Source: Candidatus Omnitrophota bacterium
GTDB lineage: Bacteria; Omnitrophota; Gorgyraeia; Gorgyraeales; Gorgyraeaceae
Reading direction: 5' to 3'
Length of the DNA stretch: 46,391 bases
Assembly: GCA_018824145.1 (NCBI GenBank)
Contig: JAHJHC010000114.1
Location: forward strand, 1 to 46,391
The notes under the pieces were generated by a model. The model was not told the origin of the DNA and ran no database searches. It was given only the letters and a program-made list of their open reading frames with translations. A program made the translations under genes and the position numbers. Below, piece after piece: positions 17,053 to 25,824 of this stretch (its first letter is position 1; every line of letters starts with the position of its first letter).

Positions 17053-17637
17053 TTATTTCCCGATTATATAAGCGATTAAATCTACCTTGGCCTTTATCTT
17101 AGGTTTAATATCCTCATCTTTTTCTATATCTACTTTTTCTATGGAAATCATAGGTGTTCTATTCATTTCTAGGCTCATAAGGAATTCTCCCAATGCCTGA
17201 TATCTTGACTCAACCCTCAAGGTTAAAGGCATAGATTTGCAAAAATAATCCGAGATTTCAACTTCTCTTCCATTATGATCTTTATATATTTCGATGTTTT
17301 CCGGCTTTAAAGAAATGACATTTATTTTAAAATATCTTGCCTTCTCATTTAGCTGTTTAATTATATCAGACACCTCTTGTTCGGAAGGAAAGGCCCTCTC
17401 AAGTAAATCCACCTTCTCACGCATCTTTATAATATTATCTTTTAGATCGGCCTCTCCGCCGATAAAATTGTAAAGGTCATCCATATCAGTCTTTATTTCT
17501 TTGTATTCCCCAGCCAACCTTTTAATCTCCTTTGACTTAGGGAAATACACGAATTGGAACAATATCAAAACTACTAACACTAAAACACCAACAGTTATGA
17601 TATTTTTTTTATTCTCTACTATAAATTTAATATCCAC
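17053..17637 (-). CDS. pilO: Type IV pilus assembly protein PilO/MshJ-like
   Basis: TM + coiled coil + FPSEQEVSDII...YQALGEFL ferredoxin-like domain. Confidence 0.8.
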   Translation of the reverse strand: MDIKFIVENKKNIITVGVLVLVVLILFQFVYFPKSKEIKRLAGEYKEIKTDMDDLYNFIGGEADLKDNIIKMREKVDLLERAFPSEQEVSDIIKQLNEKARYFKINVISLKPENIEIYKDHNGREVEISDYFCKSMPLTLRVESRYQALGEFLMSLEMNRTPMISIEKVDIEKDEDIKPKIKAKVDLIAYIIGK

Positions 17638-17640
17638 ACC

Positions 17641-19170
17641 CTACCTCGTAAAATCACTGGTTATCTCAAAGTCTAATGCCCCTTGCGGAAAATCTTCGTT
17701 CTTCCCGCTAAATACCAGCTTTACATTCTCAAGTATAGGAGAACGCTCCAAACCTGACATGAATTCGCTCAATTCTTCTCCTTTCAAGATAATACCTGAA
17801 AGCAATAGATTCGGCTCTGTGTCTTTTATAACTAAATTACCCAAGATTACAGAAGGAAGTAAAAGATTACTCATCTCTCTCATTATTTTTCCTGTCTCTA
17901 TAGTGCCACTGGATACAGTATTTACTGCAGAACCGAGCACAACCATCTTGTCTTTAATCAAACTTATATCCTGCATTGTCTCATGGTGGGATTTATAAAT
18001 CTTTATCTCTTCCCTTAAATTAATCGATCTGACGGACAATAATCCGTAAGATATCAAAAATAAAATCCCAAACACAATAGAAACCAATCTTATAGAAATC
18101 CTCTTTAATTCCCTCCCCTTCTCCTCTTTAAATCTCTCCGGAAGCATATTAATATCAGTATCGCTACTTAAAGCCAGGCCAGTCGCCACCGCAATCTCCG
18201 GAAGGGTATTTATTATCTCTACACCTATTTCTCTGGATAAATATTCCTTGAGGCCCTTTAGTTTCGAACCATTGCCTGCCAGTATAACCTTTCTGACAAG
18301 CTCACATTTAAATTGATGTTCACAATATTCCAAAGATGCCTTTATTTGATTCGCAAGCCTTTCCAAGACCGGCCTCATCATAGATAGAATCTTTATATCT
18401 CCGGGAATACCTTGCTCACATTTTATCCTCTCTGCTTCTTCTCTCGAAAGCTCAACCTTACCTTGATCTGATATTAAAACGCCTGTCATTACATCTGTAA
18501 TACTATCTCCGCCTATGGCCACATCCCTTGTAAAACAAAGTTTTTTATTTCCAATAATTGCTATTGTAGTTACGACACTTCCTATATCCACGATACTTAT
18601 AGTCTCTTGGGGTGAAATGAGATCAAAATAATCCACATAGCGAGCAAGTGCGTATTCAGTTGGAACAACACTTTTTATCTTCAACCCAAGACTATTTATC
18701 TCTTTCACCTTGGCTTCGACATCTGCTTCTTTATAAACTACTGCGAGCAACTCTATCTTCTTAGATTCACCCTCTTCTTTTTCTCCCAGAATACTAAATT
18801 TTATCTTAGCCTTATCAAGATTAAACTGAACCTGGTCTTTCAATTCCCACCTTAATGCCTCTTCTATTTCTTCGTGAGGCATAAAAGGGATGCTTACATT
18901 TTTTATTGCCAATGCATCTCCTTTAAAATTTATACATACCCGATCATCAGTGCCTATATCCATCCTAGTGACTAAATCTTTTAACTCATGAGTCTCAGCT
19001 ACTAAGGTATCCTTAAGAGGGACATCTTTAACGCCCTCTCTCACTTTCACTGTTCTAAAATGTTTAGTACCCAAATCCAGGCCTATCAGGTTTCCAGACT
19101 TTTGCCTTAAACCTAAATCTATAAGGATGGATTCTATCTCTTTTTTCAATTCATCTATAATATTTTTCAT
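17641..19170 (-). CDS. pilM: PilM-PilN fusion (MshI/GspL-like)
   Basis: IGLDLG, IVDIGS, IGGDSIT, ILAGNGSKLKGL (actin-like PilM), then INMLP + TM + PilN domain in one ORF. Confidence 0.85.
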   Translation of the reverse strand: MKNIIDELKKEIESILIDLGLRQKSGNLIGLDLGTKHFRTVKVREGVKDVPLKDTLVAETHELKDLVTRMDIGTDDRVCINFKGDALAIKNVSIPFMPHEEIEEALRWELKDQVQFNLDKAKIKFSILGEKEEGESKKIELLAVVYKEADVEAKVKEINSLGLKIKSVVPTEYALARYVDYFDLISPQETISIVDIGSVVTTIAIIGNKKLCFTRDVAIGGDSITDVMTGVLISDQGKVELSREEAERIKCEQGIPGDIKILSMMRPVLERLANQIKASLEYCEHQFKCELVRKVILAGNGSKLKGLKEYLSREIGVEIINTLPEIAVATGLALSSDTDINMLPERFKEEKGRELKRISIRLVSIVFGILFLISYGLLSVRSINLREEIKIYKSHHETMQDISLIKDKMVVLGSAVNTVSSGTIETGKIMREMSNLLLPSVILGNLVIKDTEPNLLLSGIILKGEELSEFMSGLERSPILENVKLVFSGKNEDFPQGALDFEITSDFTR

Positions 19171-19182
19171 GGCTCTTAGACA

Positions 19183-19191
19183 ATTATATCA
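19183..19191 (-). promoter_or_regulatory. Extended -10 (TGaTATAAT) upstream of pilM-N
   Basis: Consensus TATAAT at 19188-19183; possible -35 TGGTCA at 19211-19206 supplied by the repeat end. Confidence 0.5.
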
Positions 19192-19205
19192 CAACTATAA
19201 TTATT

Positions 19206-19342
19206 TGACCAGTTGGGGAGTTTTTCGCTGCTTTTCCCGACTGGTCATCCTGAAGCCCGAAGGGCTGAAGGATCTCTCATGAGATCCCTCGTCACTTCGT
19301 TCCTCGGGATGAGGGGTCGGGGTATTTTTCACCGCCCCCTCA
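19206..19342. repeat. Composite REP-like element, second copy of the GTCATCC..GATCTC/GAGATC..GGATGA family
   Basis: Core 19244-19312 flanked by hairpins TGACCAGT..ACTGGTCA (19206-19247) and TGAGGGG..CCCCTCA (19310-19342). Confidence 0.8.
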
Positions 19343-19343
19343 A

Positions 19344-20774
19344 TTACAGGCCTTCCCAAGAATCTGGTTCAACTGAAACATATCCGTCAAATCCCGCTGG
19401 AGGGTTTGGAAGACTTGTTGCACTATAGGTTATTGTAGAATTAACAATACGATCATTATTGTACTGACTAGAAACTACTGCACCTGTAATCGTTGCGTTA
19501 TTCAGTTGCGTGTATCCGGAACTGGCCCCCCATTGATAAACAAGGCCTGTAACTGTGGCACCATTATTTATAATCAATCCCGGGTCTCTACCTGAAACAC
19601 TTATTACACTGCCAGAGACTAATGTGCCACTATCTGTAATCTGTAAATAATTATTATTATCAGAGACATCACTGACATATAAAGTCGAATTTGTTACCTG
19701 AGCCCCGCTCTGCACAATAATCCTTCTTGTTGCAATAATAAAGGCTGAAGCAATATCTGTAGAGGTTGCAGCATGTTTACGGATCCTCACTAACTGGTTG
19801 TTGTTACTCTGGGCCCTTGAATAAAGATACGCACCGCTATTTATTGTCACATTAGTATCATTTTGTGTAGAATTAACCGTTAAACTCCTTGCTGCAAGAA
19901 AATAAATATTTCCCCCTGAAGGCGTTATGGTAAGTGTCCCTGATGCACTATTAGGAGAGTGTAAGTTAATATTCTGTTTTGCTACGATGTAGCCATAACC
20001 TGATATGGTAATATTGCCCGTTGTATTAAAATTTTTGCAACCAATAATATTACCGGTCAATGTCAAGTCTGTAGACTGATTGCGGTTGCTATTAGTGCCA
20101 TAGGTATTGATATACGTATTAAAGGAACTCATTAAATTACTATAAGATGTCTCATCAATCTGTGGCATTGATGGATACGGTGAATCTATTTCTACTTCTG
20201 TGTAGCTTCCTGCACCTGTTACATTTTCAGTAGTAGGACAATAAGAATTACCTGTTACAGAACAACCACTTTTTACATCTGTAGTCCCTCTTGACCAGAG
20301 ATCACCATTGATTGTAGTAGAAGTTCTCAATTCTAACCAAGCCCCTGTATCCCTGCCCCAATACACAGCAAATCTCATAGCGCCAGGAAGTTTCTTTGCT
20401 GTAACATTTATATAACGCGTTACATCCTGGCCTTCTGATGCACTAGTGACTGTTCCTGTAGACTTTATGTCTACACTCGTTGCACTGACATTGGATACTG
20501 TTATGGTAAATGAGCCGTTAGCAAAAGATTTTGTCTGGTTAGTCTCATCTGTCCAATCCGTATCATCATTTAACTGTTGCAGATACCACTCTAAACCTGC
20601 ATGGGCAAGCCAGAAGGCCTGTTGTGACTGAAAAGCTCCCACAGAAGAATAACCTGTCTTTGAAGTCAATAACGAGACTCCCACCAGTCCAAATAAAAAA
20701 CATATGAACATAATAGCAACAGCTGCTACTAAGGCCTGGCCTTTTTCATTACTCGTCCGTATAATCTTTTTCAT
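19344..20774 (-). CDS. PilX-like minor pilin with large Asn/Thr/Ser-rich, probably beta-helical C-terminal domain (tip adhesin candidate)
   Basis: KG|QALV prepilin lacking Glu5; QAFWLAHAGLE PilX motif; terminal SWE motif; start reassigned to ATG 20774. Confidence 0.8.
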   Translation of the reverse strand: MKKIIRTSNEKGQALVAAVAIMFICFLFGLVGVSLLTSKTGYSSVGAFQSQQAFWLAHAGLEWYLQQLNDDTDWTDETNQTKSFANGSFTITVSNVSATSVDIKSTGTVTSASEGQDVTRYINVTAKKLPGAMRFAVYWGRDTGAWLELRTSTTINGDLWSRGTTDVKSGCSVTGNSYCPTTENVTGAGSYTEVEIDSPYPSMPQIDETSYSNLMSSFNTYINTYGTNSNRNQSTDLTLTGNIIGCKNFNTTGNITISGYGYIVAKQNINLHSPNSASGTLTITPSGGNIYFLAARSLTVNSTQNDTNVTINSGAYLYSRAQSNNNQLVRIRKHAATSTDIASAFIIATRRIIVQSGAQVTNSTLYVSDVSDNNNYLQITDSGTLVSGSVISVSGRDPGLIINNGATVTGLVYQWGASSGYTQLNNATITGAVVSSQYNNDRIVNSTITYSATSLPNPPAGFDGYVSVEPDSWEGL

Positions 20775-20787
20775 TTTTCTATAACCA

Positions 20788-21297
20788 TTAAAAAAATAGA
20801 TCACTCATGTACCTCAAGTTTCTGGGCCTTACCTGTGATTTATAATAAAGTGTCTGGCCACTACTTTGAAATTCAAGAGATATATCAATGCGTCTTATGT
20901 CAGTATTGTTTGGGCTAACAAGGGGTGTTGCTACGGTAGTGCCGTCATCATCATAATAAGTGAAGCTTAAACTCTGCACGTCACCTGCTAATATATCAGA
21001 ATTTCGCATTAAGTTTGTACTACTCAAAGAATAACTTATAGTATTACTATTGACATCATCAAACGAAAACTGAGAAGAAATAGCAGTATTAACACTTCCA
21101 TCATCATCTAATCTTCGTATCTCTCTTACCATCCTAGTCAAAGCTACATCTGCTGCCTGATCTATTGAAGTTCTAGCAATTAAAAAAGCAAGCGATTCTG
21201 ATATGCTTAATAATAAAGGCACCGCAATACTAGCAATAACACCTAGAATAACTATAACTATCACAAGTTCTATTAGAGTAAAGCCTTTGCTTTTCAT
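20788..21297 (-). CDS. Minor pilin PilW/MshO-like
   Basis: KG|FTLIEL; RMVREIR; LSFTYYD; VRPRNL. Confidence 0.85.
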   Translation of the reverse strand: MKSKGFTLIELVIVIVILGVIASIAVPLLLSISESLAFLIARTSIDQAADVALTRMVREIRRLDDDGSVNTAISSQFSFDDVNSNTISYSLSSTNLMRNSDILAGDVQSLSFTYYDDDGTTVATPLVSPNNTDIRRIDISLEFQSSGQTLYYKSQVRPRNLRYMSDLFF

Positions 21298-21302
21298 GTA
21301 AT

Positions 21303-21701
21303 TTAATTATTCGTAACAACCGTCTTCAAAGTAACGCTTCCTATAATGCTATTCGACACAGTTACTTCTACTTGTTTGTAGTCAGTCATACCAGGGTCCG
21401 TTGCTAAAGCAACTGGCACAGCACTCACAGTGACCGCATAGGTGTAATTTGAAAAATTTCCAGTAAATGCCGTTGAACTCTCATTAACAATGTCAGAATA
21501 TCGCAAGGCAGTAACCCTTTCCATCTCCTGCCCAGCCAATGCTGTAGCTACCTGCATAACCTCTGGTTGTGCATATGTCTTCATAACCTGGCTGAATAAA
21601 AGTGAAAGTGAAACCACACATATACCCAATATTACAATGACCATTACTAATTCAACTAGAGTGAAACCCTGTATTTTTTTCTTAAATAAATTATGTCGCA
21701 T
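21303..21701 (-). CDS. Minor pilin PilV/MshD-like
   Basis: QG|FTLVEL; ATALAGQEMERV; YKQVEVTV. Confidence 0.85.
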   Translation of the reverse strand: MRHNLFKKKIQGFTLVELVMVIVILGICVVSLSLLFSQVMKTYAQPEVMQVATALAGQEMERVTALRYSDIVNESSTAFTGNFSNYTYAVTVSAVPVALATDPGMTDYKQVEVTVSNSIIGSVTLKTVVTNN

Positions 21702-21732
21702 CCTGAATGTATACCCCTCCAGCAGGTATATT

Positions 21733-22302
21733 CTATTGGTTAAATTGCAATAACAGTGGTTGTAGTTGCACGGGTACTGGCACTGGCGTTAGTACACTCT
21801 GAATAAACACTCTCCCAGTATTCTGTGTCACTCTAATATCTCTTCTTCTATTAACTCTAACCCTAGCAGGATCTGCTAATGGAGTCGCAATTCCAGTTGC
21901 AGTATTATAGTCATAAGGGGTGCCAAACATATCAAAAAGCAAATCGCGGTTTGCTACATTAAAAAATACCCAGGTAATATCTACCCCTACAAATTCATCT
22001 TGATTTAACTGAATTGTAAAATTGCCTCTAGTTCGAGGGTCTGTTGCGGTTATCCAACTCCCTGGAGAATTCTCTATATATACTGTATAATTATCACTGG
22101 CAGTACTAAACGATACTCTAGTTCGTTTTTGAATGTCCATCGCCAATCTCTGCGTATACCTTATATCTGCCTGCATCTTTTCAGCAGCCAGATTTATCCT
22201 TAGATTAGTTAGGTCTATCTTGGGGATAGCTATTGCTGCCAGAATACCTACAACAGCTATTATAAAGATTAACTCAATTAAGGTAAAACCACGTTTATTC
22301 AT
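21733..22302 (-). CDS. Minor pilin FimT/GspH/MshC-like
   Basis: RG|FTLIEL; AAEKMQADIRYTQRLAM; FDMFGTP; TGRV; start probably ATG 22302. Confidence 0.85.
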   Translation of the reverse strand: MNKRGFTLIELIFIIAVVGILAAIAIPKIDLTNLRINLAAEKMQADIRYTQRLAMDIQKRTRVSFSTASDNYTVYIENSPGSWITATDPRTRGNFTIQLNQDEFVGVDITWVFFNVANRDLLFDMFGTPYDYNTATGIATPLADPARVRVNRRRDIRVTQNTGRVFIQSVLTPVPVPVQLQPLLLQFNQ

Positions 22303-22384
22303 AATAATATACATATAACCATACCCTATACCAGTAAAAAAATCAAGCCACGAAGTTTATGGTCCTATTACTACGCCATATACA

Positions 22385-22423
22385 AAATTAGGGACACATC
22401 CCTTTGGGATGTGTCCCTAATTT
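22385..22423. repeat. GGGACACATCCC hairpin (18-bp perfect stem, 3-nt loop) covering the 3' end of the YfhO gene
   Basis: AAATTAGGGACACATCCC-TTT-GGGATGTGTCCCTAATTT. Confidence 0.9.
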
Positions 22424-24715
22424 CGGCCATATCAACAATATTGCAACAATCGTTCCTAATATTATAATCAGTCCTATCTTAAAAGAAAATGGCTCATATA
22501 TAAATCTTATAACATGTTCCCCCTGTTCAAGATGCACTGCCCTTAAAATGTAATCAGCTCTATAAATCTTATCACGCCTGCCATCAATATAAACCTTCCA
22601 TCCCGGATAATATGAGTCGCTTAAGATTAGAAACTTTGGAACGTTTACCTGCGCTTCGATTATGACTTCGTTAGGAGAGTATTTTAGGATACTCGCTTTT
22701 TCGTACAGCGGATATTGCTTCCACTTTCCCGCAAAAAGAAATCCCTCTTCCAATATCACCTCTTTTGACGGATCAAAGTCCTTACTTTTCAATCTTTCAA
22801 GAATCACCTCTTCATCCTTAATCACAACTGGCTTATCCGCCAAAAATGCCCTCGGCAACACATTCTCATTTTCATATACATTCACCTTTTCACCTTTCTT
22901 AACCACCTTATATCCTTCTGCCTTAAAATCCTTTGGTGAAATTACATATTTTACATTCAAAAGATCCAGGAGATTGGTGCGGTCAGGTGAATCCTGTTTT
23001 ATAATTGCCTTCATTACCTCTTCATGTCTCCTATTATAAAGCGAGCCATAGCCGTATGCATCGGATATCCCAAAACTGACTCCTCTATTGGCTGCCATCC
23101 TTTCTTTTAAAGCAAAATATCCCTCAAAATAATCCCGTTCAGGCACAAATATATTCTGCACTAATGTCGTCGGAGAATCGAATATCCTAAAAAGACTCTT
23201 GTCTTTTTTTAAAAATTCGACGTTGCTGCCTGGCTCCAAAAATTCATTGATATCCATGTTTAGATAGACATTTTTATTAGCGGTAAATATATCCAGTATA
23301 GCTACGGATAGTAACAGAGGTATGACTAAATTCAATTTTAACGCCTTCTTTGAACCTAAAAACAATAATAACGATAAAACCATAAATGTCCCTATCGCCC
23401 TCTTCAAATTATATATCCCCACAAGGACAAATTGCCCTAGTTCATTCTTTTTATCCATGAAACCAGGGACTATATCCAAAATAAATCTATGCAAAAAACT
23501 GTATATCTCCACGAATCTTATATTGATTATTAGATAAAAAAATGACCCTATAAAACCAATAGCTAACATCGCCTTCAAAAACCCTTTGAGAGCAACAATA
23601 TTCTTCCTGTAATAATCCAATCCCATCCCTGCTAAGATTGACAAAGAAAATGCTACCATAAAGAAGAATTTTATTGGATATCTTGAGAGATTAAAGCCCG
23701 GCATGACCTTGTATAAAAAATAATAAACCGGCGTGTATCTACCAAAACAAATCACTAAACCAAGCGCTAATATATAAAAGATTGCCTTCCTTCTTTTCGA
23801 TATATCAAACTTTAAAGAAATAAACGCGCATATTACGGTAAAAATCCCCATATAATATACCAAAAGCCAGCTCTGCCTTGTCCAGTAATTCTTATACAGG
23901 TAATCTGATTCGCTCAAATAAGGCACAAATAAATCCAAAAGCGCATATATAGGCAATGACCACATGGATGCTTCACTAAAATCCATGCCTGCCCTGGAGG
24001 AATGTCTTACAAATTCCAGAAAAGGTAATATCTGGAAACATGAAAGCCCTGCTGTGACAAGCAGGGCAATAAGAATTGTTTTAAACCGCAATCGGGTGAT
24101 CAATGCCAAAATAAAAACCGTACCCAACAAAATCGCCGGCTCGCCTCCTAAAAACATCAGTGTTAAAAAAATCCCGGTAATTATGGAATTTTTAATCCAG
24201 TCATGTCTTAACGCCCGTTCATAAAATAAAATCGCAAGGGGAAGCCATATAACAGAAGCAAGTGAGGCTAATAAGTTTATCACGGAAATAATATATCCAC
24301 TGAACATAAAAGCTGTGGCTGAAAGAAAAGATGCGTATCTGGAATAACCCCAGCTTCTCATTAAGATATAAGTAAAAAAACCTGCTAAAAAAATATGCAA
24401 TATTATGAAATAGTTGAATCCTTGAGGATACGAAAATAATAAGTAGACTATACTTAGGGGGTAAAACACGCAGGTCTGAAGCTCTGCAAGATGCGGGCTC
24501 CCGCAGTGGATATACGGATTCCATAAAGGGATGCGACCTGCTATAAATTCAGTTACGCTGAATTCTCTTAAAGGATAAAAAAATCTCGAAAGGTCCCTGT
24601 GGATAAATATCTTATTTCCGAATAAAACTTCGGAAAAAAAGATACAGGTAAGAACAACTAAAATAAAAATGGGGATGGCATCTTTCATCCATCCCCATTT
24701 AGTATTTGTGGTCAT
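22388..24715 (-). CDS. YfhO-family polytopic GT-C glycosyltransferase
   Basis: DLSRFFYP, IPLWNPY..G.P, FYP, FMFSGY, RYPIKF, LLNVKY, VYENENVLPRA, LILSDSYYPGWKVYIDG. Confidence 0.88.
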   Translation of the reverse strand: MTTNTKWGWMKDAIPIFILVVLTCIFFSEVLFGNKIFIHRDLSRFFYPLREFSVTEFIAGRIPLWNPYIHCGSPHLAELQTCVFYPLSIVYLLFSYPQGFNYFIILHIFLAGFFTYILMRSWGYSRYASFLSATAFMFSGYIISVINLLASLASVIWLPLAILFYERALRHDWIKNSIITGIFLTLMFLGGEPAILLGTVFILALITRLRFKTILIALLVTAGLSCFQILPFLEFVRHSSRAGMDFSEASMWSLPIYALLDLFVPYLSESDYLYKNYWTRQSWLLVYYMGIFTVICAFISLKFDISKRRKAIFYILALGLVICFGRYTPVYYFLYKVMPGFNLSRYPIKFFFMVAFSLSILAGMGLDYYRKNIVALKGFLKAMLAIGFIGSFFYLIINIRFVEIYSFLHRFILDIVPGFMDKKNELGQFVLVGIYNLKRAIGTFMVLSLLLFLGSKKALKLNLVIPLLLSVAILDIFTANKNVYLNMDINEFLEPGSNVEFLKKDKSLFRIFDSPTTLVQNIFVPERDYFEGYFALKERMAANRGVSFGISDAYGYGSLYNRRHEEVMKAIIKQDSPDRTNLLDLLNVKYVISPKDFKAEGYKVVKKGEKVNVYENENVLPRAFLADKPVVIKDEEVILERLKSKDFDPSKEVILEEGFLFAGKWKQYPLYEKASILKYSPNEVIIEAQVNVPKFLILSDSYYPGWKVYIDGRRDKIYRADYILRAVHLEQGEHVIRFIYEPFSFKIGLIIILGTIVAILLIWPKLGTHPKGMCP

Positions 24716-24729
24716 CTGATTTAAAAATT

Positions 24730-24800
24730 AAAATTCGGGACACATCCCAATTTTCAAACTTTGTAACTACATGTGAAAATTGGGATGTGTCCCGAATTTT
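24730..24800. repeat. GGGACACATCCC hairpin (27-bp perfect stem, 17-nt loop) between pilin and YfhO genes
   Basis: AAAATTCGGGACACATCCCAATTTTCA / TGAAAATTGGGATGTGTCCCGAATTTT. Confidence 0.92.
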
Positions 24801-24811
24801 CCTGAAGTTTT

Positions 24812-25213
24812 TTACCAACTAGACGTATTCACTGTCCCGTCGGAATACGCACCTGCAATACCAGAAGCAGATATATACCACCAGCCATTTGCAGATGTTG
24901 CAGTTCCGCTAGGCGCAGCTGCTGTAGCTGCCACACCCGTAGCATCATTTAATTTATTCGTCGGGATACGTTCATCTGCAAATAAACCAGTTGTAATTGC
25001 AGAAGGAAATGCAGCAGTACCAGAAGTAGCGCTCTTTGCATATTCAATAGCAATCACTGAACGAAGTGCACCCAGGCCACTCTTTGTAGCGCCTTGTTTA
25101 GCCTCTCCTGTCAGGTCTACAAATTTAGGTATAGCGATTGCAGACAATATTCCTAATATAACAATAACCATTACAAGTTCTATAAGGGTAAATCCCTTAT
25201 TTCTATTCTTCAT
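24812..25213 (-). CDS. Major type IV pilin, MshA-like
   Basis: KG|FTLIELVMVIVILGILSAIAIPKFVDL; RBS AGGAGGAG; Ala/Ser/Thr-rich, no Cys. Confidence 0.9.
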   Translation of the reverse strand: MKNRNKGFTLIELVMVIVILGILSAIAIPKFVDLTGEAKQGATKSGLGALRSVIAIEYAKSATSGTAAFPSAITTGLFADERIPTNKLNDATGVAATAAAPSGTATSANGWWYISASGIAGAYSDGTVNTSSW

Positions 25214-25575
25214 TTAACTCCTCCTGTCGTTATTTTCCCAGTCTTATTATCGTATATAAACCTGCGACTATATGGATCTACAGGATATCCTTCTTTGTCC
25301 TGCATCTGGTGTTCTAAATAACTCTTGCCGCATAAACTATCTTCTTCTGAAGCCTTGCACTTCTTATTAAGATCCCTCAAATCCTGCGGGTACTGTCCTT
25401 CCAATATCCTATATAATTCTAATGAATATTTCAGATTTGTCAATTGATTTTCCAATGCAACTGAACGCGCCTCTCGAAGATTTAAAACCCAATATACTGT
25501 AAATATGCCTGAAAGGATAAATATAATTACTATAGAAAATATAAAGTCTATTAAGCCCCGGCCCTTATTATGCAT
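25210..25575 (-). CDS. Atypical pilin-like protein (MshF/GspG-like)
   Basis: KG|RGLID degenerate cleavage site, TM, GQYPQDL, DPYSRRFIYD. Confidence 0.65.
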   Translation of the reverse strand: MHNKGRGLIDFIFSIVIIFILSGIFTVYWVLNLREARSVALENQLTNLKYSLELYRILEGQYPQDLRDLNKKCKASEEDSLCGKSYLEHQMQDKEGYPVDPYSRRFIYDNKTGKITTGGVK

Positions 25576-25806
25576 TTAATACATCTTATAGAGATAATAG
25601 GCTACAAAAAATAATGTTGCGCTTGATAACAAAAGACAGACTCCCGTTCCTTTATTATACTTGTAAATAAAATAATCAATGCCGCTTATAAATTCATTCA
25701 TAAGTTTATTCGCCTTTTTTTCTATACTTCTTAGTCTCTCCGGCATCAGCAATAATAACACACCGCTCAGAAAGGCCACTATTCCTGAAAATATTAAAAA
25801 TCTCAT
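25576..25806 (-). CDS. Small two-TM hypothetical protein
   Basis: Two hydrophobic segments; RBS GAGGTG; stop abuts the next start. Confidence 0.65.
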   Translation of the reverse strand: MRFLIFSGIVAFLSGVLLLLMPERLRSIEKKANKLMNEFISGIDYFIYKYNKGTGVCLLLSSATLFFVAYYLYKMY

Positions 25807-25824
25807 ATCTACACCTCTCCTTAC

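Noticed and set aside
19213-19428. 71-aa plus-strand ORF
   Set aside because: Translation of the REP-like element and antisense to the pilX end
19344-25213. Shufflon, invertible pilin cassette or diversity-generating retroelement
   Set aside because: No recombinase or reverse transcriptase, no silent pilin copies, no TR/VR-like repeat pair seen
24780-25217. 145-aa plus-strand ORF
   Set aside because: Antisense shadow of the major pilin, starting within the hairpin
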